NCBI GenBank assembly: GCA_040954595.2
Contig: CM082577.2
Location: 8,147,846 to 8,211,845 of the forward strand
Length of the DNA: 64,000 bases
DNA from: Balanoglossus misakiensis
Taxonomy: Eukaryota > Animalia > Hemichordata
Direction of reading: 5' to 3'
The notes under the pieces are model-generated. The model was not told the origin of the DNA, searched no databases, and was given only the letters and a program-made list of their open reading frames with translations. The translations under genes were made by a program, and so were the position numbers. Below, in pieces: positions 1 to 12,626 of this stretch (the first letter of the stretch is position 1; every line of letters begins with the position of its first letter).

Positions 1-230
1 CTTCTGATTGAGTAGTCTGGAGAACTGAGCTGATATTACAACTAAGTAATTATCAGATTTATCTTCATTAAATTGACTTACAAGATTATGATTTAATTGA
101 AGAATTCAAAAAGGACTCCGGATGAGATGTGCTATTATGCATCCAGCAGCTGCTAAAACATGGTCACTGATGGTTGAACTTGTTCAGTTGCTGAGAAGTT
201 GGAAATGAAAAGCCTCAGGACTGTGTGCTT

Positions 231-2445
231 TTAGTTCACTGCCTGTATTTTCATGGTGACCGATTTCAGGGAATAGAAGGACGACTTCCATTTTGTCCAC
301 TGTATTCCGTCGTTTGACCTGGACTCGTACGGTCCACCTTCGTAGTACAGTCCGTTCAGGTTGCACTGCTGACAGTTGTCGAACCACCAAGCGCTAACCG
401 TCAGATGTGCGCAGTTACTCTGTCCGTTTTTGTCGTTGTCCCTGTCTTTGGTGGTGAATTTCACGTTGTGATGGTAGGACAGGGCGTCTCCCGCATCGCC
501 GGAATATTCGCCGACGTGGAGTCTGTACTTCTCGCTCTCGCTGCCGACCCAGAAGCGGTCGTAGTCGGCGTGCCGCGTCTCGTTTCTCCAGTCCTCCAGC
601 TCGATCCTCAGCCTGTAGTGGCCCTGACCGGCGAGGTAGTAGATGTTGTCGTTTCCCAGCCAGTATTCGCCGCTGCGGTCGCCGAATCCTTCCTTGTAGG
701 CGGACCAGTCCTTGAAGAAGTTGACGGATCCGTCGATGCGTCGCTGAATCACCGTCCAGGCGTCGGAGCCGTCGACCTGGCAGTGTGCGTAGAACGACCG
801 TGGACTGTCCCAGGGTTTGAGTGCGTACACACCGCTGGTCATCCCAGGATTGGATTGGTAGACTTTACCACAGTCTGAAATATATAATGTTTTGCTCTTT
901 TTTAAAAATCTCCAACTAAGGCTGCATTCACAAACACCTCTGGAGGGGGGGGGGCGGGAGAATTCAAATTTTTTTACCGCTAATTTTCACATGCCCCCCT
1001 TCCGAACTGCCAATATTTTCAAATCCCCCCCTTCCGAACTGCCAAAATTTTGAAATCCCCCCCCCATTTTCTTTCACTGAGCAAAACACATCACCTATCT
1101 ATCTTGTAAAAAGAAAAACAGCGCTCCCATGAAAAGAATTTGAAACTGATGTTTTCCCTCATCAGTGGGTATTAAAACTGAACATTGTTTTTATTTTTTA
1201 AGTACATATATTTGTATTCTGTGTTGGGAGACATTGTAAACCGAGAATTGAAGGGGGTGGGTTTGGGAGGGGGTGTCCCCCTCCCACGTAAGAAAATTTT
1301 CTAAAATACAGAGCTCAAAGCTGCATTTTAATGAACCCGGCAAAAGCAAATTAACTCAACTACCGGTATGTTGGGGAGGACAAATTTAACCGTCGCTGCT
1401 CAAAGTTATCATGGGGTGGGGGCAAGTCCCCTGACCTGGGATACTAGATAAACCAGTCAATGATTGAAAGGTGTTGATGAATGGAGGGGGTGGGTGTGGG
1501 AGGGGGTGTCCCCCTCCCACATTAGAAAATTTTGTAAAATAAAGGGCGCGAAACTGCATTTTTGTGGACTCAAAATAAATATTTAGTCGTTAAAGTTTTC
1601 AAGTCCCCCCCTTTCAGTCCCTAAATTATTTCAAATCCCCCCCCTTACATACCCTCAATTTTTTCAAATCCCCCCCCTCAATTCTCCCGCCCCCCCCTCC
1701 AGAGGTGTTTGTGAATGCAGCCTAACAAGTTTGTGCCCTGAGTACAATTAATCAGAAATGTTTGCATGAACAAGAACATTTCATGTTTGGAAGTTCTAAG
1801 TCTAGAATGCAGAAAAATTAGACAAGCCTTATCTAAAACAATGTGAGAATAAAAAAAAAAAAAAAACCCTTTTGGCCTTAATTTTGCAGGTTTTTACCCT
1901 TCTCTACAATAGTTCAGTCCAACTCACCCCTGTTGTTATAAATCATACCCTCAACCTTTGGCCAGTGTAGAAATAATTAACCCAGAAATCAAAATTCTCT
2001 AATCTGGCCCTTTTTGAGAGAAAAAACTGCGTAATCTACTAGTGACTGGATTATGAGACTGATGATAGAGAGACAAAGCTAGGCCTATACCCCTGTATGA
2101 CTTTGGAGTTCTTGACGTCCCGCGGTCTTGATCTTGCACCACCAGCGCCAGCGAGACAGACTGCAGGTCCGTGTAGAGATCCTCTATCTGCCGTGTGAGC
2201 TGCATCCTGAGCGTTGCGACCTCGGCAGTCAGCTCGTCCACTCTCCGCTCCAGGTCGTCGTAGGCCGAGCAGCTCTGCGGTATGGTTATGGTGTACGTGC
2301 ACAGCCCCTGGCTGGCTTGGCGGTCAACATCCAGTTGACCGCTGATGAAGTGGTCGGTTATTGGCGTCACAGTGACGTCTTCCTCGCCGCCGGCCAGGAT
2401 GAAGAACAGGAGGAGGAAGGGCAGCTGTAGTCTCATGGTCTTCAT
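231..2445 (-). CDS. Secreted fibrinogen-related domain (FReD) protein, angiopoietin/ANGPTL-like; 2 exons (2445-2091, 874-231), ~332 aa
   Basis: Signal peptide MRLQLPFLLLFFILAGG, angiopoietin-like CTYTITIP motif and a short coiled coil. A phase-1 GT-AG intron joins KSYR-DCGKVY. FReD motifs WTVIQRRIDGSVNF, YKEGFG, EYWLGND, FTTKDRDND, WWFDNC, NLNGLY. Start could be the ATG at 2445 or 2436. Confidence 0.92.
920..1722. mobile_element. Non-autonomous PIF/Harbinger-type MITE (~800 bp) in the FReD intron
   Basis: TIRs ggctgcattcacaaacacctctggaggggg...gcgggagaatt / aattctcccgcccc...ctccagaggtgtttgtgaatgcagcc, flanked by TAA on both sides (917-919, 1723-1725). Subterminal direct repeats present; no transposase ORF. 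Confidence 0.85.
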
Positions 2446-3025
2446 TTCAAATATATGCACACAGGCCAACGCGCCTCACAAGTGCATTCTACCACAGTGG
2501 TTGTGTGGTACTACTATCAGTACTGCATGCACAGCAGGTATAGGGCCACTGATCACAAAAAACAAACTTGTGATATAACACAGCTTTATACTGACAACAT
2601 ATCAGTTTCTTTAAGTACGTGTACATGTATGAATGTGAGGGTCTCTCCAGTTAAGTATTGGGGAGGGGGATAAAAGGGAGCATACTAGTACTCTAATACA
2701 TTGTATAAGGGCTGATCCACTCAACTAAGGAGGGGGTGCACAAAAAGATATTATGAATAAAAAAATAAGATTATGATAAAAAACTAAAGTTAACATTTTT
2801 GTCTTTGATCTCTGTGTCTGAGGTCAGCTGTTGACAAGGTCAATGTCATGGCAGCACAGCTCACCAAGGTCAAATCTTGGTTGTTGGTGGTGGTTTCAGC
2901 TTGCACATCTAGTATTCAGTTCAGTTCAGGAGAAAAAAAACAATTTGAAGATTATAAACAAATCTGAAGAATTGATAATCCTGATATGTTAACATGAGTT
3001 TTCCTGTGCATTGTTCCTGTGGCAG

Positions 3026-6000
3026 GTCCTTGAAATACTGAGCAATCCCATTGAGAATTGTCGAAGTAGTTTACTGTACGAAGATGGCAAAGGAATGCGA
3101 AGCTTGGTTCTCTCCATCACTGCACTTCAGGTAAAAATAATCGTTCTTTCGTCATACATGTAGCGCCCTGCCCCCCTCAGCCACTTTCCAATTCCATGGT
3201 AAAATGTCTTTGTTATGTATATAAATACATCATTGAATGTCGTCAAAGACAGCTGTCATTTCTCCTTGGTACAACAACCTATCATAGTAATGACTGCATT
3301 GGTGTCATCAACCGGCCCCTTCTCATTCATAAAATCCTAAATCAAAAACTTTGATAGAAACTTCTCAGTGTTTAGTTCCCAGATTACATGGTTATTGAAT
3401 GCAACTTTTGTATACTTCTGAAAAATCCTGGAATATAAACCACTGCTGTATCGGAATTGCTCAGGGAATTTACTGGAAGAAATACCTTCAGAAAATTGAG
3501 TTTAATAATCACACTTAATTAAATGTAATTCACTGAATCAGAAATCATGTTACTGTGAAACGTATAAAGCTGTATTATACTGTGAAAATATTCAGTAATA
3601 CTGTATTCAGCATACAGTCAGTACCAGGAAATAACATTTTTACCACAAATGCAAGAAACAACTGGAGAATCATTGAATTGTTGATTATCCCCATTCATAG
3701 TTATTCTCCCTCCCCTGTCTCTCCCCCCCCCCCCTGCCCCTCATCTCTCTCTCACACACACACACATTCACATCTTCAGCTCACACACAGTCGGGAGGAA
3801 GTCTTAAACTTTATGAAACACACACTATGTCAAATACAAAGCCTTGCAAATGACGAGGCTGACATCGGCATGCAAGCCACAGACGCCATCTCGCAACTGA
3901 CCAAGCTGGGACTTGTGAAAGAAAAACCGAGAAAGGATTCGCCAAGTAACAAAATACTTGAAACGACTAAACTTGGACATGCAGCTTTCAAAGGTAATTC
4001 TGCTCGGCACTCTGCCTTCTAGAACTTCTCTTTCTGATTTCTGATTCTAAGACGTCAAAATGACTGGTACAGCATTAGGACAGGTTCCCCCTGGACATTC
4101 CCACTAATCAGTCAGTGCTAATGTTATTGTGAAAGGACAGGGTTTAAGGGTGCATGTCCTGTGGGTAGATGCCCAGGGGGTAACTGCCCTATCCAAACAA
4201 AAATGCAAATGGATGTATACACTTTCACTAAGCTTTGAATACAACACTGAAAATTCAATGTTACTAATACGTCTGATTCAAATGACCTGACCTGAAAATG
4301 TGTCCGATTCACACAGGTTCCCTGGACATCGATGCTTGTCCATCGATTTATCAAGATTTACAGAGGGCAGCTGAGAACGGTCTGGTGGTCACCAACACTC
4401 TACATCTCTTGTTTCTGGTCACACCGCGTGACATGGACGCACATATCAAGATTGATTGGATGTACTATTATAATGAAGTAAGGAAAAAGATATATTTCCA
4501 TTCCCAGAGTTTGATTTTTATTAGCCTTTATTTTATTCAATGCCTGCTATACTAGTGCACCTTGTGTTAATTGACTGTGCTTGTGTACATGCACAGAGAT
4601 ATGTTATTACCTTTGTCGGATTGAAGTGTGTGAAATGCTTCATTTTGAGTGTTTATTAAATCTCTGTGTAGATATACGGGAACAACATAAATAAAAAATA
4701 ATTGACTATTGAAATTTTCCATAAAACAGCATACCTGCAAAGTTTGGGTTTTTGCACTTGAGGGCATGTTTTTGTTGGTCAAGACTGATCATGTTTGCCT
4801 GTACAATGAATTACTGAGCTCTTTTCCAATTTTGCAGTATTTAGGACTTGGTGAAGCTGAGATGGCAACAGCTGGTGTGATTGGTGTCACTGAAAGCTAC
4901 CTGGTCAGGAAAGCTGCTGGTTATTGTGTCAGACAGGTGTGTGTTGGTTAAATTCTAGTTGGACATTAATCGATACAGCTCAGAGCTGTCGCCCTGGCAA
5001 CACATCAATCAATCAGTCGAGTTTTCAATCACGTCAATCGAATAGACAAATCACACTGTAGTGTAGAATTGGTTGTGTCATCACGAAATCTATTCTTTTG
5101 TTTTTCAGGGTACAACCGACCCAGTCATGATTGAGAGGTTCTACTTGACCTTGATGTTGTGGTTAGTGTTGAAAGAACACAGTATCTGGTCGGTGGCCGA
5201 GATATTTCAAGTGCCGAGGGGATTCATTCAGAGCCTCTTCTCATCTGCAGCCACCTTCGCAGCAAGTCTTCAGAGATTTACTGAAGTATGTGACCCAGTT
5301 CGTCTGTGTGCGGTGTCACAAAAAGCCTCGCAAATGAGTTTGGTTTAAGCAAAAGCATGGGACTTTTTACTTTTTGGGATATAAAGTGGTAGAGTTAACA
5401 CAAAAGAGAGTGAACCAATGTCAGACAGTTTTCCAGGGTTGAAATCCCCTCAAAAAATCAAGAGTGAATTTTTAGTGCATGTTAATTGACTCATAATGCA
5501 GCAACTTGCAAAATATTCCATTGATCACCGGAGTATGTTGTGTATTGTGACTCAGTCCCCTCTTCTCTCTCTCTCTCTCTCCTCTTACATACCGTATTCA
5601 ATTCTCTATTCCAAGGAACTGCCGGAGTTCTGGGCCTTTCAACATCTCCTGGGTCAGATTGTGAAAGAGCTCTCCTATTGTGCTACTGCTGATCTGGTTC
5701 CGTTGCTCGAAATTCCCGGAGTCAAACAGGTACTTGATAACATTACCCCATTCCATTCTATATGGTTCGCTACTTGCCTGATTTGCGTGCATAAGCATTG
5801 CATTGTTTTGAATAAGAGCATCCAGAGATTTTGTATGGACAGGATATAATCAAGGGTTGGTACACCAAGTAAGGATGTACGATCGATAACATTGAAATTT
5901 ATTTTAATTGTGGATTTTTGGTTTCTCCTTTGTAGGCATAATAAAAATCTGTCATAAAATGTAGGGGTCACCGCACTTGTTTATGAAACACAAGGCCGTG

Positions 6001-6471
6001 AATTCAGTCGATAATTGATGAGATGTTCTGTGCTCACTTCCTTAAAGTTCCAATTCATGTCTCCATTCAAACAGCTTATCATTATTTTCTGTCCATTTTT
6101 AGGGTCGGGCAAAGCAACTTTTGAAGGCTGGCTTCAAAACACTTCAGCAGCTGGCGTACACCACTCCCGAACATTTGGTGGAAACAATTGAACACATGTC
6201 ACATAAACTGGCCAGACAAATTGTCTCTGCTGCAAAGGTAGGCTTGCGTATAATTCTCAACAAATATCTTGCCATTCCCAGAGACAGTTGTCATAACATC
6301 TGAAAATATAGTGGTCCTCTGCATCAGTCCGTATCAAGTCATGTTTCACAAATGACCGGAATCTGTGTGCTTTCCATGATTACACAGATGGAGTTGGAAG
6401 AGAGAGCAGAGGCACTCAGGGAACAAGCAGATGAAATGATGGAAAATCAACCGGAACAGCTAAAATCATAG
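3026..6471 (+). CDS. HELQ: Helicase POLQ-like (HELQ/HEL308), 3' part; exons 3026-3130, 3780-3993, 4317-4477, 4838-4936, 5109-5285, 5616-5729, 6103-6237, 6388-6471; 5' exons lie outside the window
   Basis: Eight GT-AG exons splice in frame: VLEILSNPIENCRSSL..., TKLGHAAFKGSLD, LHLLFLVTP, RFYLTLML, PRGFIQSL, LVPLLEIPGVKQGRAKQLLKAGFKTL...ARQIVSAAKM. These match the C-terminal winged-helix/ratchet/HhH region of HELQ as recalled. Confidence 0.93.
4078..4189. mobile_element. Degenerate short inverted-repeat element (MITE remnant) in a HELQ intron
   Basis: ggacaggttccccctggacattcccac is an imperfect inverted repeat of gtgggtagatgcccagggggtaactgccc; no clear TSD. Confidence 0.4.
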
Positions 6472-7301
6472 GAGAGTGTGGCAAAAAAAGTCAAAATTTG
6501 ACTTTCTGTAAACAGTGCATTTTTTTCATAAAATGCAGATTACAGATATCCGTAGAATTTTATTTTGACTTACAGCAATTATGAAGAGTGTATTTATGAA
6601 TGAAAAAAACTCCATTTTGAAACTTGTGTTGTGATCTGAAAATTATTTGTGACCAAAGACTTTGGCAGAGTCGTTGTGTGAGGGCGCTTGTCTAGATCTA
6701 CTCTGGTCAAGATGTTGGATTATGAGCAAATCAAGAGAAGGGTTCTGCAAGCGTGCCTGTGTCCATAGGTATTGTGAGGCTTATAATGTGAATGATAAAT
6801 CTAAAATGACAATAGTCAACCAAAGTTAAACTACAGATACTTGCAGTCAACTGAACCCCAGGTTGTCTTTCACAATGCAATGTCATTTTCAGGATGTCAC
6901 TCGTTTTTACAATAACAAAGATATTACATGAAAGTAACTGAATGAGCTCGAGATTGTGGTGATGGGAACTTCTTTGTTTCCTTTTTCACTGTGCACCAGA
7001 CTCTTTCATCTGAAAAACAAAAAAAAGTTGATTTGACGGTTACTATTTTCACAATTTTACACTTCTTTCCCCAGTTCTCGACTAAATTCAACTACTGTCA
7101 CTTTAATATCACTACATCGTGTCGGTCGCATCACATACAAAAATGTACATACCTAACAGGGATAGTGTTTTCTTAAAGTATATTACCTTGTAACGAGTGT
7201 GTAAGCGCCAAGGATGATGTCATACCCCTGCGGCCATGTTTTCGATCAAGGTTGCATTTGGATTTGGTTCGATTTTTGGATGTTTTCGCAGCCCGTCAAG
7301 T

Positions 7302-9847
7302 TCAAATCTGTGTGTCAAGACATGTACGTAAGAAATGATGTGTAGCAATCGTCGTGGTTTTCTCCCCCACACTTGGCCTATACCTGTACGTGTACAATCA
7401 TATTTTCAGCTGAAAATGACTATAAATACATGTAGAAGGTTGTTTTCTTAAAAAATAATTTACAAATATATTAGGTATAATTGCAAACCCACTTGCCCAT
7501 TTTCAACTGTCTCCATAAGTGCCCTATATTTACAAATTTCTTTATCAAGCGACAGAAAATCGAGAAAAGTGTAGCCGTTCTCCAATGATTCTGACTTGTA
7601 TTCTTCCTCCAACTCGGTCACTGCAAGTTCTTTTCCCATCATGAATGGTGAGCTTTTCTCCAAGTCTTCAGCCAGTCTGTCTCTTTCGTCTTTTACGGTC
7701 TGGTACCTTTCTTCCACAATGCATATCTGAAATGTTACGGGAAGATAAACAGTTACAAATGGAGGAATAAGGTGAAAGTGTTATTTTACTAATCTGTCTC
7801 AGTGGATAGCAGGTTTTTTACCTTACCAATCTGTCCAATATTTCACCGGCCCACAATGATATTAACTGAAGGCTCCCTGTCCGTGCTAAATTTATTGTAT
7901 AGTTGGCCGCTGAGGGCGCTTGTCAAATAAATCAGTCTCACCTGTCTTTTCATGTTATTACATTGTTCTTCTAATTCATCAATTTTAAGATTGCAGAGAC
8001 GCACTTCATGTTCAGCAGTGTTTGCTTTTGCTTGTTGTTCTTCAAGGAGATGTTGTAGCTTTGACATCTACAAAGAAATGACTGTATAGTGATTGCAGTG
8101 CAAGATAATAGGTCTCATTACTATTTTTCATTCCGGGAAGTGTACCAAAATCAATCAAATTTGCACTGACTTGCAAGTTGCAGACTTTGCCCGATCAAAC
8201 GACTTCTTTCCACTTGCCCACATAGAGTTTAGTGTTTTAATCAGCATACGATTGCGCAGACTCAAGACAAACATTTCAATGTCTGAAATTCCATGATTGG
8301 TGGTATTTGCATAAGCATGCATTAAAACTTACTTCACCCTTATAGCTTTTCATGACGTCATCACTTTGGCTCTGCTGCTGTTTGCGATACTCGTCCCACT
8401 TCTTCAGAAGCTGTGTCAGTCTCTCCTTCATCTCCACGTTTTCAATGACGCCATCATTTATACATGTGTGTGTCGAGAGTTTGCGAGTGTCCTCCCGCGG
8501 CGTTGAGGGCCTACTCTTTCGCGATGTTGATGGCTGGCTTTTCTGTTGATCTGAATGCTTTGAGTCCTTCAAGGGAAAATGAAATATTAAATTCCTTTCA
8601 GATAAATGTGTAAGGGCGTCGCAACAGGCCTAAAAGACTAGAGTTACGATGGGAATACATTTCCATTGGCATGAGATTTTCGCTGGCACATACTTAATCT
8701 CCAAACAGACTTTCGTATCCCAGTATCCTGTATAATTAGTTTATTTTTAAAAAAGAAAATCGTTAAATCCAATGAAATGGTTCGCTTCCCACTGCTGTTA
8801 GCGGATCTACATATAAAAATTGCTACCATAAGACGACATTTCATGAATGACCATACAGTTGTCTGTATATCTCAATGACGAACTGACCTTTAGCGTTATG
8901 ATCTTATCATTGACACCGGCCTGCTTCTTCACATCGTCCTTCACGGGTCCTTTACGTCTTTTCCGCCTTGGCTTTCTTCCAATTTTGTGTTTTTCTTGCG
9001 ATGGTGTTGTTTCTGGGGGAGGTGGCGGAGGGGGAGGCGGGGGAAGTGGAGGCAACTCCTTGAAACTCTCCAAAGGCTCTAGGATAAACCTTCGCTTCGT
9101 TCGGCTGAATATGTACCTGCGTTTTTTGTATTCATTGAATACATTGTCCTCCCACTTTTCAACCGTTTTCATGGCGTCTTCAACGCGAGGGATTGTCCGA
9201 TAGCACATCACGCACACGCGATCGTCCCTATCCTTGGAGAGCGGTAACAGTTCGAACCCGAGTATCGCCTGGATTCGGAGATACAACGACTTGCCGTCTT
9301 TTTTAACTTTAAAGAAAGGGTACGACGTCATTCGGCCAGCTCCCTTTCCTCGGGCACTGCTGGCAACCATGATACCACACAGCCGACAGTGTTCATCTGG
9401 GGAAAAACAGACGATTATTTTATAGTCCTAAAATTCGAAACGTTTCTTTAGAGTCCCAGAGAGGAGAATTTTCTATGCGATTGACAATCGTCGCTTCATG
9501 AGAGTCGCGGTGACGGAAAACAACGGCCACATTACATTGAAAAGGCAAATTGTAAGCAAAAAGTAAAATGCCAAGTACAAATGTATAATTATGTCATTGC
9601 CATTGTCAACAAATGGAAGTCAATTACATTACAAATGCCGTACCAACATCCAACACGTCCAATGTGAATGTCGTATAAAAAGTTGAGTGTAATTCCCATC
9701 TGAATTTGCTGGCATTTGTGCCCCCTAGAGTCCCCGTGAAGGTCATATTTTATCAAACTAATAAGTATTCTGTGTACCTTCTGTGGCTCTTTCCTTGGGA
9801 GAACCTGGAACCGGAAGCGATTCGCGGAAGGCCGGTCCGGTCCGCAT
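7302..9847 (-). CDS. Uncharacterised protein (~416 aa): ZAD-like C4 zinc module + poly-Pro + basic NLS + lamin/intermediate-filament coil-2-like rod; exons 9847-9778, 9396-8888, 8566-8333, 8067-7942, 7726-7497, 7383-7302 (first and last exons tentative)
   Basis: Phases are consistent across exons. Motifs: EHCRLCG...RVCVMCYRTI, PPLPPPPPPPPPP, RKPRRKRRK, heptad-rich exons, and an IF rod-end-like motif LSLDKEICKYRALMETVE. Confidence 0.72.
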
Positions 9848-12159
9848 GGTTTCTGTGGCAACTGCAGGCGCGTCTCTGAAACGAGAAATATAACTTTCGT
9901 GACAATTTTTAAAGGTTCGGGTTTTTCCATCGACTGACCGACAATTTCGGGGGCACTTTCATGTGAATAACTGTTTGATCTGTTACATGCAAACCTGTGT
10001 GATCTTTCTTTACAAAAAAAAAACATTTCGATAAAAAACATGGTGAACCTTTGATCGCTGGAAGACTAAACCAGTCTTTTAATATACAGTGAGTTCAAAA
10101 AGCCAATTTTAGACGACGTACTGCGGGTGGGGCTATCAGCATTCCAAATTGTTTGAAAAGATACAGTGGGTAATAATTTAACAACCCCGCGTGTGCAATT
10201 ATTACGTTTAGAATGGCATCTTCTAAAAATACCTTTAATGGTCTCGTTATCTTTGATTTCATATTAGCACGTCTACCTTTCGTTCCTGAGCGAGATAAAT
10301 TTACAAGCAGCGACATTATTATTGCCATTGCGTGGAATACTCCACTAAAAGATGAATCACAAACCTTTCCCATCCTTCATATGTGTTATTGTTGACAAAT
10401 TAAAGCTAGTACGGACTTAAATTCAACTGTCAACAATAACAATGATTACTGTACACACGTCAGTGTTAGTAAATAAACTGCCGGGTATTCCATCGTGGTT
10501 CAGAGAATCGAACGATGAAATCTAGTAGATACGTATACGCGGTACCAGATTACAAAAATAGCCATATTTACAACTAATGATTCATTAGCATCGAAGCTTT
10601 AAAGCAGTTATTTCCATGGAAACGTGTCCGTGCTGATACGCTGCTCTGCTCGCAATTGTACTTCAACTCGGTTATCTGGTCAATGGTGAATTAAAATGCC
10701 GAATTACCACTGTTAAAACATCTCTACTTTGTGGTGGACATTTCAAAAGGGTATGGGCCCCGCTGTAGATTCAGAAATGTATTATACACGGCTATACTTA
10801 CACAACGTAGAAAATGGACCGGGTCGCCATGTGTCAAATCGGACATTTTATAGGTGACGTGTTTATTATAAGTATTGCGCATGTTTCGAAACTGGTGAAC
10901 TTTAAACTACCGCCGCACCCGATTCGTCATGCCTGTATGACAACTGCTTATCAGAACCTAGCAAGGGAAATATGCTACTGTACACCCGATGAGATTTATG
11001 ACCGGTGATGTGTATATAGTAGAATATAACTGTCACGATGGGGGCAATTACTGCACGGTATTATACGTTGATTTTGATTTGATGAATTGGCGTTTTTACG
11101 GCACTGTATAAATACATGCGCCACAGGTTGTCATATCAAAGACCTGTGCCCTGCTTGCTGGATAATTCTGTACAAAGGTAATCAGAACATGGGGTGATGA
11201 CTGAAATCGTTCAATAGCGAGATCAACAAATCTTACTGCTGCGCTACAATTTTTCGTTGTCACCACGCGCTAAAAACCACCATTGCTGACTGGGTTTGCC
11301 GGCCACTAGGGAAAATCATTTTCGTCTATGGCATTTCTGTTTACTTATTTTTTATAAGATTGATCAGACTAGCGACCGTCTAAACCCTGTCCATGACTTG
11401 TGTGTTATCCCAGCGATATCCTCATGCTATCGACAAAGATCACATCGTTACGATAACGTGGTTATCTGTAACTATGAAAAGTTCGTCTTTATATTGGCAA
11501 TATACAAGACATGAAACGTGCAGCAGATGTATATGATCGGGTACAGAGCAATCATAGTTGGAGTGGCGGTGATTACTTTTGACATCCCCCACCCCACCCC
11601 TCTAGAGATTAAACACTGCTCCAACGCACCATTAAGGAAAATGTTTCATACATGTAGTTGGCTGGATTTCGAGAATTTTCCGTCCGCTTTTGGTTTTCGC
11701 GATTTTTTCAATAAAGGACTGTCTGTAGGGCCTACCGTGAAAATGACGACAAACGTGCATTACATAAGCTTAGAAGTACTAAATAAGCTCTATGAGTTGT
11801 TGTGATGAATTAGAAAAATAAGAAAAGTAAACTTTCACGACCGAAACAATCGTGAAACTACCAAACTCAATGTGAACACAAACTAGTCATCTTGGTGAAA
11901 CAGAAATGTTTGAGTTCTTACCCTCAACTGCAAACTACCACCGACACAAACCTGTAAAAAAACAGTGACGCACTTCGTCAGGATGTATCTCGTTTGATTT
12001 AACCTAATGCAATCGTTTACTCAATAATTACGAAGATTGCTGACAAGGTAGAGTTAAAAGGAACATGGTCTCGCAACAGTGTTGTATGAGGGCGCTCTAC
12101 CATAAAATTTGTCAGTCTGGAAAAACTTATTCATCATTCGCACATACCGTGTTGTTTTT

Positions 12160-12162
<3 letters not shown>

Positions 12163-12232
<70 letters not shown>
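12163..12232. repeat. (CT)n microsatellite
   Basis: Uninterrupted tc dinucleotide run about 400 bp upstream of the EGF gene start. Confidence 0.95.
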
Positions 12233-12236
<4 letters not shown>

Positions 12237-12626
12237 ACACACTCATACATACGTGAGAAAAACAGACTATGGTAGGGTCATGTCGTGTGAATATATACAT
12301 AGGCAAGACGGGGTTATTCATATTTAAATGACAATTGAAAAGGAGTGACGACACACCAATGTTCTTTGGCCAACTCCCTCTGTGATTTAAAGTACTTGTA
12401 TAGGCCAGTGGTTCAGTATAACGACGCCGTGTCTAAGTGCTGGTCATGACCATTCAGGGGTCGAGCGATTAGTTCAAGGAAGAGAATCTGTTGCCAAAGT
12501 CGCCAAATATTAAATCGCTCCTAACAACTCATGCTCTTCATCGGCGCGACGCAAGTGTCGTAGGACTGGCTACTTTCAGGCTTTACCACTGTCATCGTCG
12601 TCTTCGCCTGGTTTGAACGTCAGATC

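Noticed and set aside
405-878. 157-aa + strand ORF (similarly 41874-42402, 52290-52676, 31663-32076)
   Set aside because: Antisense shadows of GC-rich real exons on the - strand.
4081-4099. caggttccccctggacatt resembles the HELQ exon acceptor caggttccctggacatc at 4314
   Set aside because: It is part of a MITE-like inverted repeat, has no polypyrimidine tract and is followed by stops; probably coincidence.
12065-12354. ORFs with LSLSLS/ERERER runs (also 63142-63399 with CYVML repeats)
   Set aside because: Translations of microsatellites.
9900-12600. Possible tRNA/SINE or further gene between the divergent zinc-coil and EGF genes
   Set aside because: No cloverleaf, A/B box pair or credible coding exon could be identified by eye.
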